Shown: positions 34,859-47,229, counted from the first letter of the whole stretch. The stretch: 60,271 nucleotides of DNA, filler included, from Sphacelaria rigidula (GCA_964200075.2; 10 parts of 10 records of this genome joined end to end with filler, not necessarily neighbours in it); one strand, 5' to 3'. Translations and numbers: made by a program. The notes: generated from the sequence alone by a model not told the origin.

Positions 34859-35500
34859 ACTGAGGACTCGACTGCGATCTTCCACCAACGGAGGATCCGC
34901 CGCCGCCACCACGGTGACCTCGTATTTTGCCCTTGTGCTGACTATGCTGATGGCGCGCGGCATGAGACGGCCCAGGCTCTCCACCGGAAGACGTTGGGCA
35001 ATCGCGCGCATAACAGCCGACCTGGCCACAAATGTGGCAAGTACCCGCCGCATGCCCAGCATGCTTTCTGATCGCCGCAACCAATTGCGGCGGGGTGATT
35101 GTGATATTTTTATACTCCAAACGAGCAAACACTCGATGCACATAAGTTGGCACTTGTTGAGCCATTGGCACCACCTGATGCCGCACAGCACCCCCTGCGT
35201 TAGCGTGCTTCACACGCTTCTTGTACCTAAACTACTTCGTGTAAAAGTGCGAGATGGACTCTCGGAGTACCTATCACTGTACTGGGCAGGTCGCAACTCT
35301 TCCTGCATAATCACGGGCGTCACGGTGGTCGTAGTACACGAACCGGTCGCCATACGCGTAGCTGTAATCGGCTGTCTGCGAACCATTGCAGGCCAGCGGA
35401 CCTTTGCGAATTGCACTTTCCTTACTTCGCCGCACCACACAGTCGCAGGGACCTTCAAACTCCGCTGCACGCAGCTTCCGCAAGTATCCAGTCTGGATCA
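34440..35500 (-). pseudogene. gag: Disrupted gag with degenerate zinc knuckle and poly-Gln tract
   Basis: CHICGQVGCYARDC, several stops and frameshifts, (CAG)n in the gag frame. Confidence 0.75.
34766..34858. repeat. (CTG/CAG)~30 trinucleotide microsatellite
   Basis: Directly visible, with a few TTG interruptions. Confidence 0.95.
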
Positions 35501-35647
35501 ATCACAGGCCAGCCGCCTTTCTGAAGCTGCCTTAGCTGGAACCCTCTCCACGCGTCCGTGGTGTATCAGGTTTCCACAGCTACCAGACTCCTACCGAAAT
35601 CCTTCCCGGCAGGTTTCTAGCACTAACACCAGCCCTAATGTCGATGT

Positions 35648-35866
35648 TGGGACGTCAGTCAGTGGAAGAACTGCGGGATCACTGCTGTTGAGGTACTCCC
35701 CAGTCTTACTGGCCTCGGTTTCAGTTGTCAGCCTTTACAACATCTCATCATATCGAGGTGACCTCCCAAGGCACCCACGTAGACACGTCATGGTATCAAC
35801 CTAGTGTCCTCGGTCATTATCCATATAATCACTACCAACTCAACGTAACGGCATATTTTCGTCACA
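35648..35866 (-). repeat. 5' LTR
   Basis: tgggacg...cgtcaca, direct repeat of 31437-31655. Confidence 0.95.
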
Positions 35867-36123
35867 GAGCATAATAGAAACAAATATACCAGTGCACAAA
35901 AGGTTTTTTTTCATGAGTCAAGGGCAATAATCAGTTTTCAGGTATCAGTAAAATGTCCTTAACTCATGAAAAAAAACTTGTGCGCCCTGGTATTTGTTTT
36001 TATTATGCCCTATTCATTGTCCATACCAAATTCAGGGATCCAACTCTATATATTAAACAGTGTTTTCGTGAGATTGAGAGTAGATGATACGATTGAGAGT
36101 GGCTTTGATCATTCGCTTTAAGT

Positions 36124-36223
36124 NNNNNNNNNNNNNNNNNNNNNNNNNNNNNNNNNNNNNNNNNNNNTTAATTAATTAANNNNNNNNNNNNNNNNNNNNN
36201 NNNNNNNNNNNNNNNNNNNNNNN
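36124..36223. other. Artificial contig-join spacer
   Basis: 44 N + TTAATTAATTAA + 44 N. Confidence 0.98.
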
Positions 36224-38034
36224 GGTGGGGTGGGGGGGGTTGAGAGTATGACAAAAAAACAACGCAAAGTTAGTTGAAGTGCTGTATGGTTCGTAATTTT
36301 GCTCATGTTTCGGGTGCGGCGTATCCAACATTTGGTGAATCCAAATACCAATGCTGCGCTAACCATGTATACCGTGTATGAATGACAGATCAGCGTGTGT
36401 GTACATTATTTGGAAGATCTCCACACCATACGTGGAAATGTGTTCCTGTGCTAGAAGTGCTGACTCCTATTCCGTGGATTGGGCCAAGCTGTCGCATCTT
36501 CAATAGCTTTTGATCAGAAAACGTGCCCCTTCATCACTGAGTGGGCGTGCATCACACACCAATACGTCACAGCGATGCATAGATTAGTACCTGTTTGAAG
36601 CATATCCCCGAGATGTGAACTTGTAGAACTTGTAGAATGATGCAGGCCCTCTTTGTCGTCTATACATGTTCTGTCATATCTCCCATGTGAGCCGATGCCA
36701 AGTGCGTTTCATGCCCGTTCTACCGGTAGAGTTCCCAAGGATATTCTTGTTATCGGTGTTGACGATAGGATGATGATACTGATGAGAATAGCCATCTATA
36801 GGCGTAGCCGTGGGTTCGTACCAGTATCGAAATATGCGCCGGACTTGCGGTGACACGATACGCCTACTTGTTGGAGAAAGGCACGTGGGGTCCTGCAAGC
36901 GCAGGTTAGTTCAGTCAGGTCGCAGTGTTTCACTTTGTAACGTACCGTAGGTTATGGGTTATGAAGTTCATCATCTGTACTTCGTAGGTGGTTACCAAGC
37001 GAATAATGGTTATCGTGAAGTACCTCATACCTTTTCATCCCCCCCTTCCCCCTGTTTTTTTACGTCCGCACCACTCGCTTCTGGGACCGTGCCTGGCTTT
37101 CCCTGGTAACGTTCAGTACCTTCCTGCACCCTTCGGGATTCACGGACCAACAGATTCTTCAAATTGGTTTTCTGCAATGAAGCTTAATGTTTACGTGTTG
37201 ATGATGCTGCTGCGTGTCAGCTTCGCTCCGATCATCCACTGCACAGGTATGTCAACGGTGTAGATGCCAGCAGACATTGAGTTCAGTTTGATTGTGTTCA
37301 AAGGCATTATATTGAGCACATTGTATTGGGCTGTTTGAAACGATACACTTTGTACAATAATTGAAGACGTTTATGATGGAAGGTGATCGACTGAGAAAAC
37401 ATTTAAAAATGCATTAGTGTATATTCCTCGTCGTCTGACCGCTGGGATAGGTCGTGGGAGTTGTCGACGGGCTGGCAAGAAGAGAGCAAAAGTGATGACA
37501 AAAAATGCGCCGTGTACTGCTCATTCACCTCGTTCGGTTGACTATGTTGAGATTGTGTACGCAGCTAGCGTTTCGTTGATGCGTTCAACCGCCGCGCCCC
37601 GGATACAGCTGAAAACGGTTACATCGGAAGAACGAGGGGTTGATTCTCTGCAGATGCATGTGCTACTATCCCTGAGATGTTTCTGGTTCACGTCAGTGAA
37701 AACGTCATGACGTGAGTACAAGGAGCAAATACACTTTTTTGGACGAGCGTAGACGTTCTGCGGGAGTTCAATCGTCGACACCAACATGGAAGGCGTAAAC
37801 CGGAGGGGGGGGCATGGGTTAATTTCTTGGGAGCACGGATTCGTCCCGAGCAATGAAAGGGGTCAAGAATATGACGCAAGGGTAGGACATGCAACGCGAA
37901 GCCTCGCCGAATTCCCTGCCTTGGGGTTGGTATGCTTATCTTGCACATGGCTATCTTCGACACTGTATTTTCCTCACGCACGGCAGCACATGGTGTTCTA
38001 TTCATGGGCACTAGATCAGAAGGTTTGATGCGTA

Positions 38035-38536
38035 GTGTGCGTGTGTTTGTGTTGTCATCCCATCTATTCTGGACGCCAGTTTACACCATTCGGTATCAGT
38101 GGGCGCATAAGTCGGGGTCACACAGGAGGAAGGCCAACACAGTTTTTTTTTCTTGTTTCTTTTGTTGTAGTGCTCCAGGTTCCTTCTGCGGTGCTTACAT
38201 TATTTTTTTATCGCGAGAGGGAATCAGCGGTCCCTTGCCCTCTTCGACGGTGAAGTCGAATTTTGTATACCCCCGACATAGTCGTTCTCCACTGTTGGGC
38301 AATGTTTTATTTGCTCGATTTGTTTGGTTGTCGCGCTTTAACTGACCCCCAAGGGATCCATGAGTACACCCCAAAGGATCCAGCAGTGGTGACATGATAG
38401 ACGTACCCAAAACAAAACAAAACTCGAACATTTTTGTGTGAGAAAGAATCCCAGGTCGTGTGAGTCCACCTAGATTCGAACCCACGACCCAGCCGTCAAA
38501 GGGTTTCGCGGCTACCAACTGAGCCACCGGGGCGAC
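38035..38536 (-). mobile_element. tRNA-derived SINE
   Basis: Minus-strand head gtcgccccggTGGCTCAGTTGGtagccgcgaaaccctttgacggctgggtcgtgGGTTCGAATCtaggtgg has near-consensus A and B boxes but poor acceptor pairing. CA-rich tail near 38035-38055; 3' end approximate. Confidence 0.65.
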
Positions 38537-40837
38537 AGGGTTTGTACAGGGATATCCCGTTCAGTGCGGGATAGTTTCAGTACACTTGATGGACAGTAAA
38601 GATCTGTGCTGCCGTATGTGTGGTACCTTCCGGTCAGTGCGGGAGACGATTGATAATGTGGCTTGTGGCTTGGCGTTGACTTCTGGTGCTGACAATTGTC
38701 GCTGCCTGTTGAATGGCCTTCAGTTTTCTTTCGGCAAACTGGGGTGCTGCAAAAATGGATCAAACTCTTTCCACCGTCGGTGGGCGGAGCAATCCTTGTG
38801 AGCTTCACCCGGTGTTCTACATGAATGTAGTGTTGACGTTGGCGTCTTTTACCTTGCCGGTGGTGCTAGACCAATCTCATTTACAGAGAGTGGACCGATC
38901 AAGTGGCTGGCGGTCAAGACATGGACATTTATTTTTCGTCCATACCGGAAAAGGCTACCGAGGGAAGGACATGGAGAGGGAGGGCGAAACAAACACGGGT
39001 GTAGTGATGTAGTGTTTGTTTCAAGGGATTTGGGTCCTTCCGGGGTCAAAATTACTTCACTTTGGTTCAGAAAAGTCTTCAATATTTTGTGTGCCAATTC
39101 ATCATTTGGGTTCAGAGTAAGGGGACCCTACAAAGATCCTCCGAAGATCCGTGTAGCCCTCCACATATCCGTGAATTTGCCAACACCAAGTAGCTGGGAG
39201 ATGAGGTGAACCGAGCGTAAGCGTCGACTGCAAAAATAGCAACGACATAAGCTGTCGCTCCTACCTACTCGCTCCAGCCACGGCTGGCAGCAGCGTGATC
39301 GGAGCACGCCCTCTCAGGAACTGCACACACACTGGTGCGCACATGGATTCAGCTGACACACTCCTCTGAGTGTTTACCGTAGTGTGCTGTACTCTACTGT
39401 ACTCTACTGTACAGAACGCTCGTTGTCGGTCATCACTCACTAAGACACGTGGTTGCTGGCTTGACTCTGAGCTGGGAAGCACGTCTGTCGTTGACAGCGT
39501 TAGATGCAGGTGGGCGTACCACCGTACTGTACGGCGCTTAGAGATGCTGCGCTCCGCTCCACTCTACTACCACTGTACTGTTTTGTTGTACTGTAGTACT
39601 GATTGTAACCTGTGTAGGTTATGCACGGACTGCACCACTTGAAGACGTTTCCTGAACGACCGTGATTGATTTTGATTACATGTGTCATTATCTGCTACGG
39701 CTATCAGTCAGCAGAAGAACTCGCGTTCAGCCGTTTGTGCTGGTGGAGCACGAAACGGTCAACCCTTGAGGGACTAGACCCTTTCTCACAATACAAATTA
39801 CTTGGGAGGGTACTCTCCAGTGTTCCGTTGTATAACCAAGTTCATGGGAACTCCGAATGGCAACATAGCCGCCGCAAATACTGTACGGTGAGATATGGGC
39901 TGTGACGACTCACATATCGCCAGGCTTATTGGGGTATGCTGAGATACTCTACACTCACCGTATCGCCAACGTCCTGGTCGTCAGCGTTTCTTGACCAAAG
40001 TAGTTGCTCTTAGCTTGCTAATGCCCTCGGGCACCCCGACTTCCCTCAAGTTTCAGAGGATGTTGCTTCCTAAAGGACTTGTGTCGGTCTCTGAGTAGCA
40101 TGCAGTACGTTTTCACGTATTCACTCTTACGAGATGTTTTGCTCGCTGTTGATACTTCACATAAGATATAATATGCCAGGTCATGTTTCGATATTGAGAC
40201 CTTCACGTTTCAAAACTTGTTACGATCAACCAGGCATACGGGGAGATGGCACTCACTGCGAGCGTCTCGCACAGGGGAGGGGCATCATGTACAACGGCAT
40301 CGCGGTGAGCACCTTTTTTTCTCATTGCAAGGGCAGTGTAGGGGGTATCGCAGCGCTACGTCACCAGTGATGGTGCGGTGTGAATCGGTAAACCGTTCCG
40401 GGAGTACCGTCGTCGGTCGACCACAAGTCAACTTTATGTCAACCGTTAACCCCCCGACTGTGGAGGAGTTGAAATCTTCAGTGTTGGAGCGATTGTTTAA
40501 TACTAATCAATAGATGAGGTGGTGCATTGGCATCCATCTCAGGTATGGACCGGTCTGCGGTCAGAGAGTTGAGCAAGTCTTCATTAATACTGGCGAATAG
40601 CCGTCAACCTGATTTCGAGTTCAGAGTTGAGGTGAGTGTTATCAACTTTGGAACTGCGTGTGATTCGTGAAGGATCGGGAGCGGTTGGGAACGAGGTAGT
40701 GAGTTGAAGGCGAAGGATGATCACAGAAGGCACTTGTCGTGTGGGATCACAGAAAAAGAACAAGGGACACGTAGGTAGTCCAAGGAGCGGCTCATTTCTC
40801 AGTTACGGCACCTTCACACACACACCTCTGCGTGTTT

Positions 40838-40906
40838 AATGCGTGGTCAATGGTCAAACGACTAAGGCAAACAACAAATGAGTTCCCCCCCCCCCCCCCC
40901 CCCCCC
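40838..40906 (-). repeat. G-run-headed short repeat family copy
   Basis: atgcgtggtcaatggtcaaacgactaaggcaaacaacaaatgagtt + poly-C, next to a 10-N gap. Confidence 0.8.
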
Positions 40907-41861
40907 ACACCCCACCGAAACCCACACAACACCCACNNNNNNNNNNCGTGGTTTACGCGGGGGCAGCGGCCAACGAAGTATGGCACACAACCAACGGGTT
41001 CCCCCCCCCTTTCCCCCCCCCCCCGCCCGGTTTCAGCCTCTGCAAGTTATTGTAGTTGCAAGAGTGATGTGCGGCATAGCCGCCTGGGCAAATAGGCTGA
41101 TATTTTCATGCACCTTTCCCACAGCGTGCGGCACGGTCTCCATGAAACTCGGAAAAATCAGCCGCGTCACTGCTGTTTTGTTCAATATCTACACTGTTCG
41201 ATCTTTCTGGCCAGCGATAAGCTCGTGCTCATACCCTGGGAAGAGTGTAAATCCTTCCAGTCCAGCACCACGTTCCCAACACGTGTATCATCCGCAATTT
41301 CATAAGTGGCAGTCTAGTTTCACGGATTTGGAGTTTCCATCCCGCCAAATTTGGGCTTAAAAACAACGTGTGGCTTGTGCCTGGAATCCATGTTTTATCA
41401 CACCTCTGGGTAACTATCACTTTTTTGTCTATCCTATTCTACTGAGAATCCGTAACACGTGGTGAGTATATATTTTGTGCTTACCGTCATCTTGGTCCGG
41501 GTGTTTGCGGTTATATAGATTTTGGTTCACAGGCTATATTTTGAAGAGGGTCAGCAGATCGTCTACGTGTTCCGTAATATATACGAAACGACCGCCTCGC
41601 CCCGGTGGTGTACATGGTAATGGTACAAGTCGAAACCTGAAAAGGTGGCGTTGAGCTTTCGAGTCCCCAAAAATACGGTCGGTCTCCGAGGAGTGTCTAA
41701 TTCCCGTCGTAATTGCCTTGACGATGTGAGAAGCAATGGAACCTTTGCCAAGGTCGACGCCATGCGCGAGTGCTGATGTGATTCCGCGACCAAAATATCA
41801 GGCATGTACCAGGGGAGACATGAGTTGATCCCTTGGAGTTAACGACTCGCCCCGAGGAGGA

Positions 41862-42160
41862 GTGGGGTGGAGGGCGTACTCATGATCTTGCATGCTATAG
41901 AAGTATGGCCATTGACCTCGCATCCCTACGAAGCCGGGACGGAGTACGCCGGGTTTTCGCCGAATCAGACTCGCAATCAAACACCGAGCGCAAAGGAGGA
42001 GGGAGGGGAGGAGCTTACTCACTTGTTGCTTGCCTTAGTCGTTTGGTCATTGACCACGCATCTCGTTCGAGAAGAGCCGGGGGGGGGGGGGTGTTCTCAT
42101 GATCATACATGCTATAGTCATAAGACCATTGACCTCGCATCCCTACAAAGCCGGGACGGA
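41862..42160 (+). repeat. Three head-to-tail copies of the G-run-headed short repeat family
   Basis: G-run + (g)tactca...ttgc-tgc--tagtc-t--gaccattgacc-cgcatc at about 41870, 42005 and 42080. Confidence 0.8.
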
Positions 42161-42260
42161 NNNNNNNNNNNNNNNNNNNNNNNNNNNNNNNNNNNNNNNN
42201 NNNNTTAATTAATTAANNNNNNNNNNNNNNNNNNNNNNNNNNNNNNNNNNNNNNNNNNNN
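42161..42260. other. Artificial contig-join spacer
   Basis: 44 N + TTAATTAATTAA + 44 N. Confidence 0.98.
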
Positions 42261-42649
42261 CCCCTCGTTGCTGCGATGTGAGTTCTTGTCCCTGTTTTCT
42301 ATGCAATTCATTATCCTTATTACCCCCCCCCCCCCTCGAAGGTTGGTCTCCGATAAAGGATATAGGTTAGCACAAAAAGAGATTCGAACCAGGGCTTTGC
42401 AATGTCTTACCGGGCGCAAGCCAGCCTGCAGGGCTTGGACCCAGCACTATGCGGAACAGTCTTATTTCTGTCAGACACACACACACACACTTTCTCGCTA
42501 TATCTCCCCGGTGCAAATACGATGTAATACTCGTGTGACATCTCCCGAAAAAATGGGAGATGTACTTCTTGTTCCGCGTACGAGCCGGGCCAGCTTAAAA
42601 GCGGCCAAACGTCGTCCACCCTAGAGCTTGCCCAGTTTCCCGAATGAAC

Positions 42650-43170
42650 CCGATGTAAGCATATCACTGTGAAGTGCAGACCAACCTGGTAACACACGGC
42701 ACTGCCGCTGAATGAAGAAGAAAAATGAAAAAAAATGTGCTGCATAATATATGACCTTAACGACGGACGGGAAAAAAAAGAAAACCTGTCGGGATTCAAA
42801 CTCATGATCTCCATAATTGAAGTCTCCTATTACTCGAATTATGGGGGTGCAGCAGCGTCACGCAAACCGTTGCCCTCACGGCCCAATTCGACGACTCTTG
42901 AGCTGAAATTTCACGAAGACCTTCTGCACCCAAGGAAATGATACATCACGGGAGCAGCTGCAGATCCTCCTTTTCTGGACTGTTGACATTATCTTGTTTT
43001 TGCTGAAATTTCAAATCCTCATGACTTTTTTTTTTTTTTCATATCCTGCATGTCGTTCATAATAAGCTGCTGTCAAAATTTCAGCGTCCAACTCCTAGTT
43101 TTACGCTGTGCGTCGCCTGAGCGAGAAAACTACCCACTGTTGGCTGGCCCAGCTCATATTGTGCGACGAG
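42650..43170 (-). repeat. Dispersed repeat with internal B-box-like motif (family of 6815-7180 and 52480-52910)
   Basis: Reverse-complement similarity to both other copies, including gagtttgaatcccgaca followed by a T-run. Confidence 0.75.
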
Positions 43171-43665
43171 ACACATCAGGGTTGAAAGATACACATTCCA
43201 AGAACGACCTTTGGTCGCCGTCGATAGTTTCGTGGTAGTGGTAGTTGTAGCAGCAGTAGTAGGAGTAGTAGTGATTTAGTGGAAGTCGCAACCTGCTTTC
43301 ACGGCCGAAATGGCTGTTTTCGGGGCCCTTTCCGTACGCCATGCTGCATGGGTCTGCTGTTCACATCAGTTTTTTCATTCTCCTCACTCTCAACGTTCGT
43401 TCGCGTCTTTTCGATCTATATTTCCCGGTTTTGGAATTCCTGCAGCGAGTGGTCCGTTCATTTACAGGGGCACGTCGAGTTTGTGAAAGCGGCTGTTTTC
43501 GTAGGGGCTCTCTTAATATGCGGCAATCAAGCCATCAATAGATAACTTAGTAATGATAATATATGACTTTTTCATGGTAGACATGTTACGGGCAGTGCAC
43601 TGGTGATAACACGCTGCCCCGCCCGCCTCTCCCGCTGCTCTGGTTTCTGGTCCCCGAATTCAAAG

Positions 43666-43807
43666 GTGTACAGCAGTAGAAGCTATGTTAACGCATGAGA
43701 ACGCATTGGAGGTGATGTCGGAATGCGATTTGGTGGTGGACGCAAGCGACAATCCTCGCACAAGATACCTCGTCAACGACGCCTGCGTGCTCTCCGGAAA
43801 ACCTCTG
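43666..43807 (+). CDS. MOCS3: Exon of adenylyltransferase/sulfurtransferase MOCS3/UBA4 (ThiF/MoeB domain)
   Basis: aAG acceptor and CTG|GTGTGT donor. [40 protein letters not shown] is the canonical MoeB/Uba4 motif. Confidence 0.92.
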
Positions 43808-43859
43808 GTGTGTATGACGTACATGCGATGGAGCCCATGTGATGTTACGCTGTTCTTCA

Positions 43860-44070
43860 ATTTGACCCTTTTGGAACCCCTCTCCTCCTGTCCCCGGGCC
43901 ATACGCCTCATCACGAGAAGCCCTGATAACGAGGAAAAGATGAAAACAGAAAAGACCGACGGCAGCCACTAATGGAAAACCGAAGGAGAATCCAGTAGCA
44001 CGCGCGGCGGGTGCAGGAAAAGTGTCCTCCCTCGAGAGGTCGGGTGAGGTTTGTCCAATCATACCACGCA
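43860..44070 (+). repeat. Dispersed repeat, homologous to 59650-59835
   Basis: Shared gtccccgg-cca-acgcctcat-a-gaga-gccct-a-aa-ga-gaaaa-atg-aaacagaaaagaccgacggca. Confidence 0.8.
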
Positions 44071-45510
44071 GCCGATGAAGTGTGTCCAATCGTATCCATC
44101 TACAATAATTAGCAAAAATACAATAAAAAAATTCGAGCTTCCAGCATCTACCGTATACAAACTGGTGCACATATAGTCGGCTGGCACATTTCTCCGCTGC
44201 TGCTGTGCATCTGCTCGTTGTTGGATCGAGTTGCGGTCAATCGTGAAAGTATGCCGCTGCTGCCGTGAGGTCGTATCGTGAGACGCGCCAGTCGGTGATA
44301 TGTCCCCGTGCACGGCGATAGTAGGCCTGTACGGCGCTGTCGTGTCCTGCCGTGCCCTATACCGCACTGTACTGTACCGTACCGTACCGTACTGTACTGA
44401 GCTGGTTATAGTAGTGTCACCGATGCGGGATTTAAGCCGCAAGAACTATATATATTTATTAAGCCAACTCGGCAAGCAGACATTAGGGAATATTCAAGGG
44501 GGAGCGAGGGGGAGGGGTACATGAGAGTTTTGATGGAAGGTTTCGGGCTATTTTCGACAGTACTGCAGGTTTACGTGATAGCACAGTGCAGTTCAGTCGT
44601 GATACTCGAGTGGAGGTCGCACTGTTGTACCGGCGTTGTTATGGATTTTAGGGTTGTAATAGTCAGCATGGTCTCTGTGTGTGCATAGCTACAGCGGTTG
44701 TCCGTGATGGCTGTTTTTTTCTTCCCAAACCTTCACTCTGAACCAGCAGTGTACAGCACCGTTTACTTTCTGCTGCATTTTAGAGGAGGCAAACGCAGGG
44801 CTTCGCTAGCTCCGTCGGATTCGATCGGTGCTCAACCTGGTTCGTATGTTCTCTACAGACATTCGTACTCTCTACAGAACAGTACGACACTGTACGTACC
44901 TCGAAGCGGTTGCTTTTTGTTGTCGACGGGAGTGCTTTATATGTTACTTCGCTGGGACCATGTCGAGACCAAGCTAATGTTCATATCGGGCTGCGCCACC
45001 GTTGGCGTTCGTACAGCAGTGCAGTGCATGCCGCAGAGTCGTCAACCCTGCACATGGCAGCAACTCTGCTTTGTGTGGTTTTGCAACGCCCTCTCTGTGC
45101 GCTGCGTTCACTTCACGAGACCTAGTTCTTGTTGTCGATATCTCTCCGTCATCACCAAATCCTGATCCGTCTGTCGATTGATCCAGTAGCTGAAGTACTG
45201 CACTCGAAAATTCGGGTGTCGTCATGAGTGCCGGTACCGGCACTAACGAGGAAATCTCAAAACCGCAGTGGGGCAGGTACCGGCACTATTCAGGACCAAT
45301 TTATATAGTGCCGGTTGGGACAGTAGCGCCGGTGATATTGGCATGTGATCGGCACTACAGTTTATGGGGTACCTCACTGTATGCGTCATTCTGTACAGCA
45401 CCGACCAGCCAGCGAAACGATCCTTTCCTCGTCAGTGTTCCCCAAGGTCAAAAGAGAAAATGCGGAAATGTGTGATGTACATTACGTTCGTTGTAATGCC
45501 GCCGTGTCAG

Positions 45511-45658
45511 GTTTCTGGTAGTGCGCTAGGCATGGAAGGTCAGGTGTCGGTTTTTCACCATCTGGGGGGACCTTGCTACCGGTGCGTTTTCCCGGCCCCT
45601 CTCGCGGCAGAAGCCGGACGACGGTGCAGCGACAACGGCGTTCTCGGAACAGTTCCAG
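45511..45658 (+). CDS. MOCS3: Exon of MOCS3/UBA4 (zinc-binding CYRC and active-site Cys loop)
   Basis: tcAG acceptor and G|GTAACG donor. Encodes [49 protein letters not shown], phase 0 to 1. Confidence 0.93.
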
Positions 45659-45819
45659 GTAACGTCAACATTCGTCCGCGAGAAAAAAAGAAGATTTTTA
45701 TATGTTGAGGGTGGGCATTAGGATGCAGATCTTGCTCGTGCTTCATTGCGTTTGCGATTTTGTGTTGAAAGGTGGTGTAATCCATAAAATAAGAAAAAAC
45801 ACAATTCATGCAAATAATG

Positions 45820-45990
45820 CACACCCTAGACGATACATGGTCAATAGATACAATAGAAAAATATGTACTGTATAAAGTATAGGTCTATTGCAACTATTGA
45901 CGGCTGACAATAGTTGCAATAGTTCTCTATACTTTACCCAGTACACTCTTTGTCTATTGCATCTATTGATCATAGATTACCCAGGGTGTG
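45820..45990. mobile_element. 171-bp foldback MITE (CACACCCT...AGGGTGTG) with 8-bp TSD AAATAATG
   Basis: Near-complete palindrome. aaataatg at 45812-45819 and 45991-45998. Confidence 0.85.
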
Positions 45991-46722
45991 AAATAATGCT
46001 AATAGCTGTTCAGGATTGTGATGGCCTAGGTAAGGTGACAGAAATAACATATTGATACAGAAAGTAACGATATGAACAAGGAGAATAATGAGCGGGATGT
46101 TTTTGTCCTTCTGACTTTTCCACGGTTAGGGCAAATAAATTCGTGATTCAACTCATGTTCATCATTCCAACGAATAAATCATACGAGTCGTACATCATTT
46201 GTAATTCATACAGGTTTCGAGCTCTTGTGTCGTCAGTACACCGTCAACGGTACCCGTTTCCTACCTCCAGGTCATAGGGGGTAGATCATGGACACATGAT
46301 AACCCCCTGTAGAAAAAGGCGGAATGGATCGATTGTACATGCCACCCACACCTACTACCATAAGGCGTGAATGACATCTACATCCGTGCCATGCGTATGT
46401 CTCCGTGCGGGACGAAGAGTCGGCACATCGTTGAATCCTGTCATGACATGGGCCTTGCATCGGTCGCACTTTTCTCCCAATCTGTATGCGGTCGAGATGA
46501 CTGTACTGCATATGTTATTCACCGTCGGATGCATGCGGGACCAACGCTTGAATACAGGTCGACTCCCGTCATGTCGTGAGCAGTAAACTCGTATAAATCT
46601 TGATTTGTCCTAATCGTGGACTTTTCTCTCCCTCTGTTTCATTATTTTTTTCCAATGCACGCATTAGTTTCCCGGATTTTAGTGACCGGGGTCCTCTTCG
46701 ATGCACCCGTCTGCTACAGGTG

Positions 46723-46724
<2 letters not shown>

Positions 46725-46773
<49 letters not shown>
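46725..46773. repeat. (TG)n microsatellite
   Basis: About 24 perfect TG units. Confidence 0.95.
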
Positions 46774-46775
<2 letters not shown>

Positions 46776-47006
46776 TTTTCTGCTCTCATTTGTTGTATTC
46801 TGTTCACTCTAAAAAGCCAGGAATACGTCAAGCTTCGAACATGCTTGAAGCTCGTGAGAAACTTCTAGGTATTGAAACCACTTTCCTAGTGAGGCCAAAG
46901 GTACAAACCGATGAAACGGTTTTGACCCTTGGCAAAACGTTTTTCTGCGCGAGAAGATGACCAGGCGGGTGATACTTCATGGGAACCACTTATTCTACTA
47001 TTTTAA

Positions 47007-47229
47007 GAGTGTTTAAGGACAGGTCGGGTAGAGTGTACTCAATCGTGGGGTATTTTGAAAGTCGTACTTGAAGTACACAAATTGGGGGTGGAGGTTTAGG
47101 GATCGCTTTCCAATTATTTTTTGGGTACGACTCCTAACACTCTACTCTAAAATTTGAGTACCTTAAGTACGTTTTTCAAAATACCTCGCAATTGAGTATA
47201 CTCTACTCGAACTGCCCTTGAAAGTATTC
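47007..47229. mobile_element. Foldback MITE-like inverted repeat in a MOCS3 intron
   Basis: gtagagtgtactcaatcgtggggtattttgaaagtcgtactt vs aagtacgtttttcaaaatacctcgcaattgagtatactctac, ~75-bp arms. Confidence 0.75.

Larger units (their letters stand above)
31437..35866 (-). mobile_element. Ty3/gypsy chromodomain-bearing LTR retrotransposon, both LTRs present, RT core deleted
   Basis: 219-bp LTRs with TG...CA ends. Order is gag-PR-(RT stub)-RNaseH stub-IN-chromodomain. 4-bp TSD GGGC/GAGC. Confidence 0.95.
31390..36052. mobile_element. Foldback MITE (31390-31436 + 35871-36052) split by the LTR retrotransposon
   Basis: The rejoined left arm tagagttggaccctcaaatttggtatggacaatgaacagggc|ataatagaaacaaat... 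is the reverse complement of the right arm ...atttgttttattatgccctattcattgtccataccaaattcagggatccaactcta. Confidence 0.8.

Noticed and set aside
34704..35804. 366-aa poly-Leu ORF on the + strand
   Set aside because: Antisense to gag and the LTR; the poly-Leu comes from the CTG microsatellite.
36300..37400. Possible decayed transposase or retroelement sequence (also about 14350-15150 and 40200-40790)
   Set aside because: No diagnostic motif could be read; a frameshift-aware search is needed.
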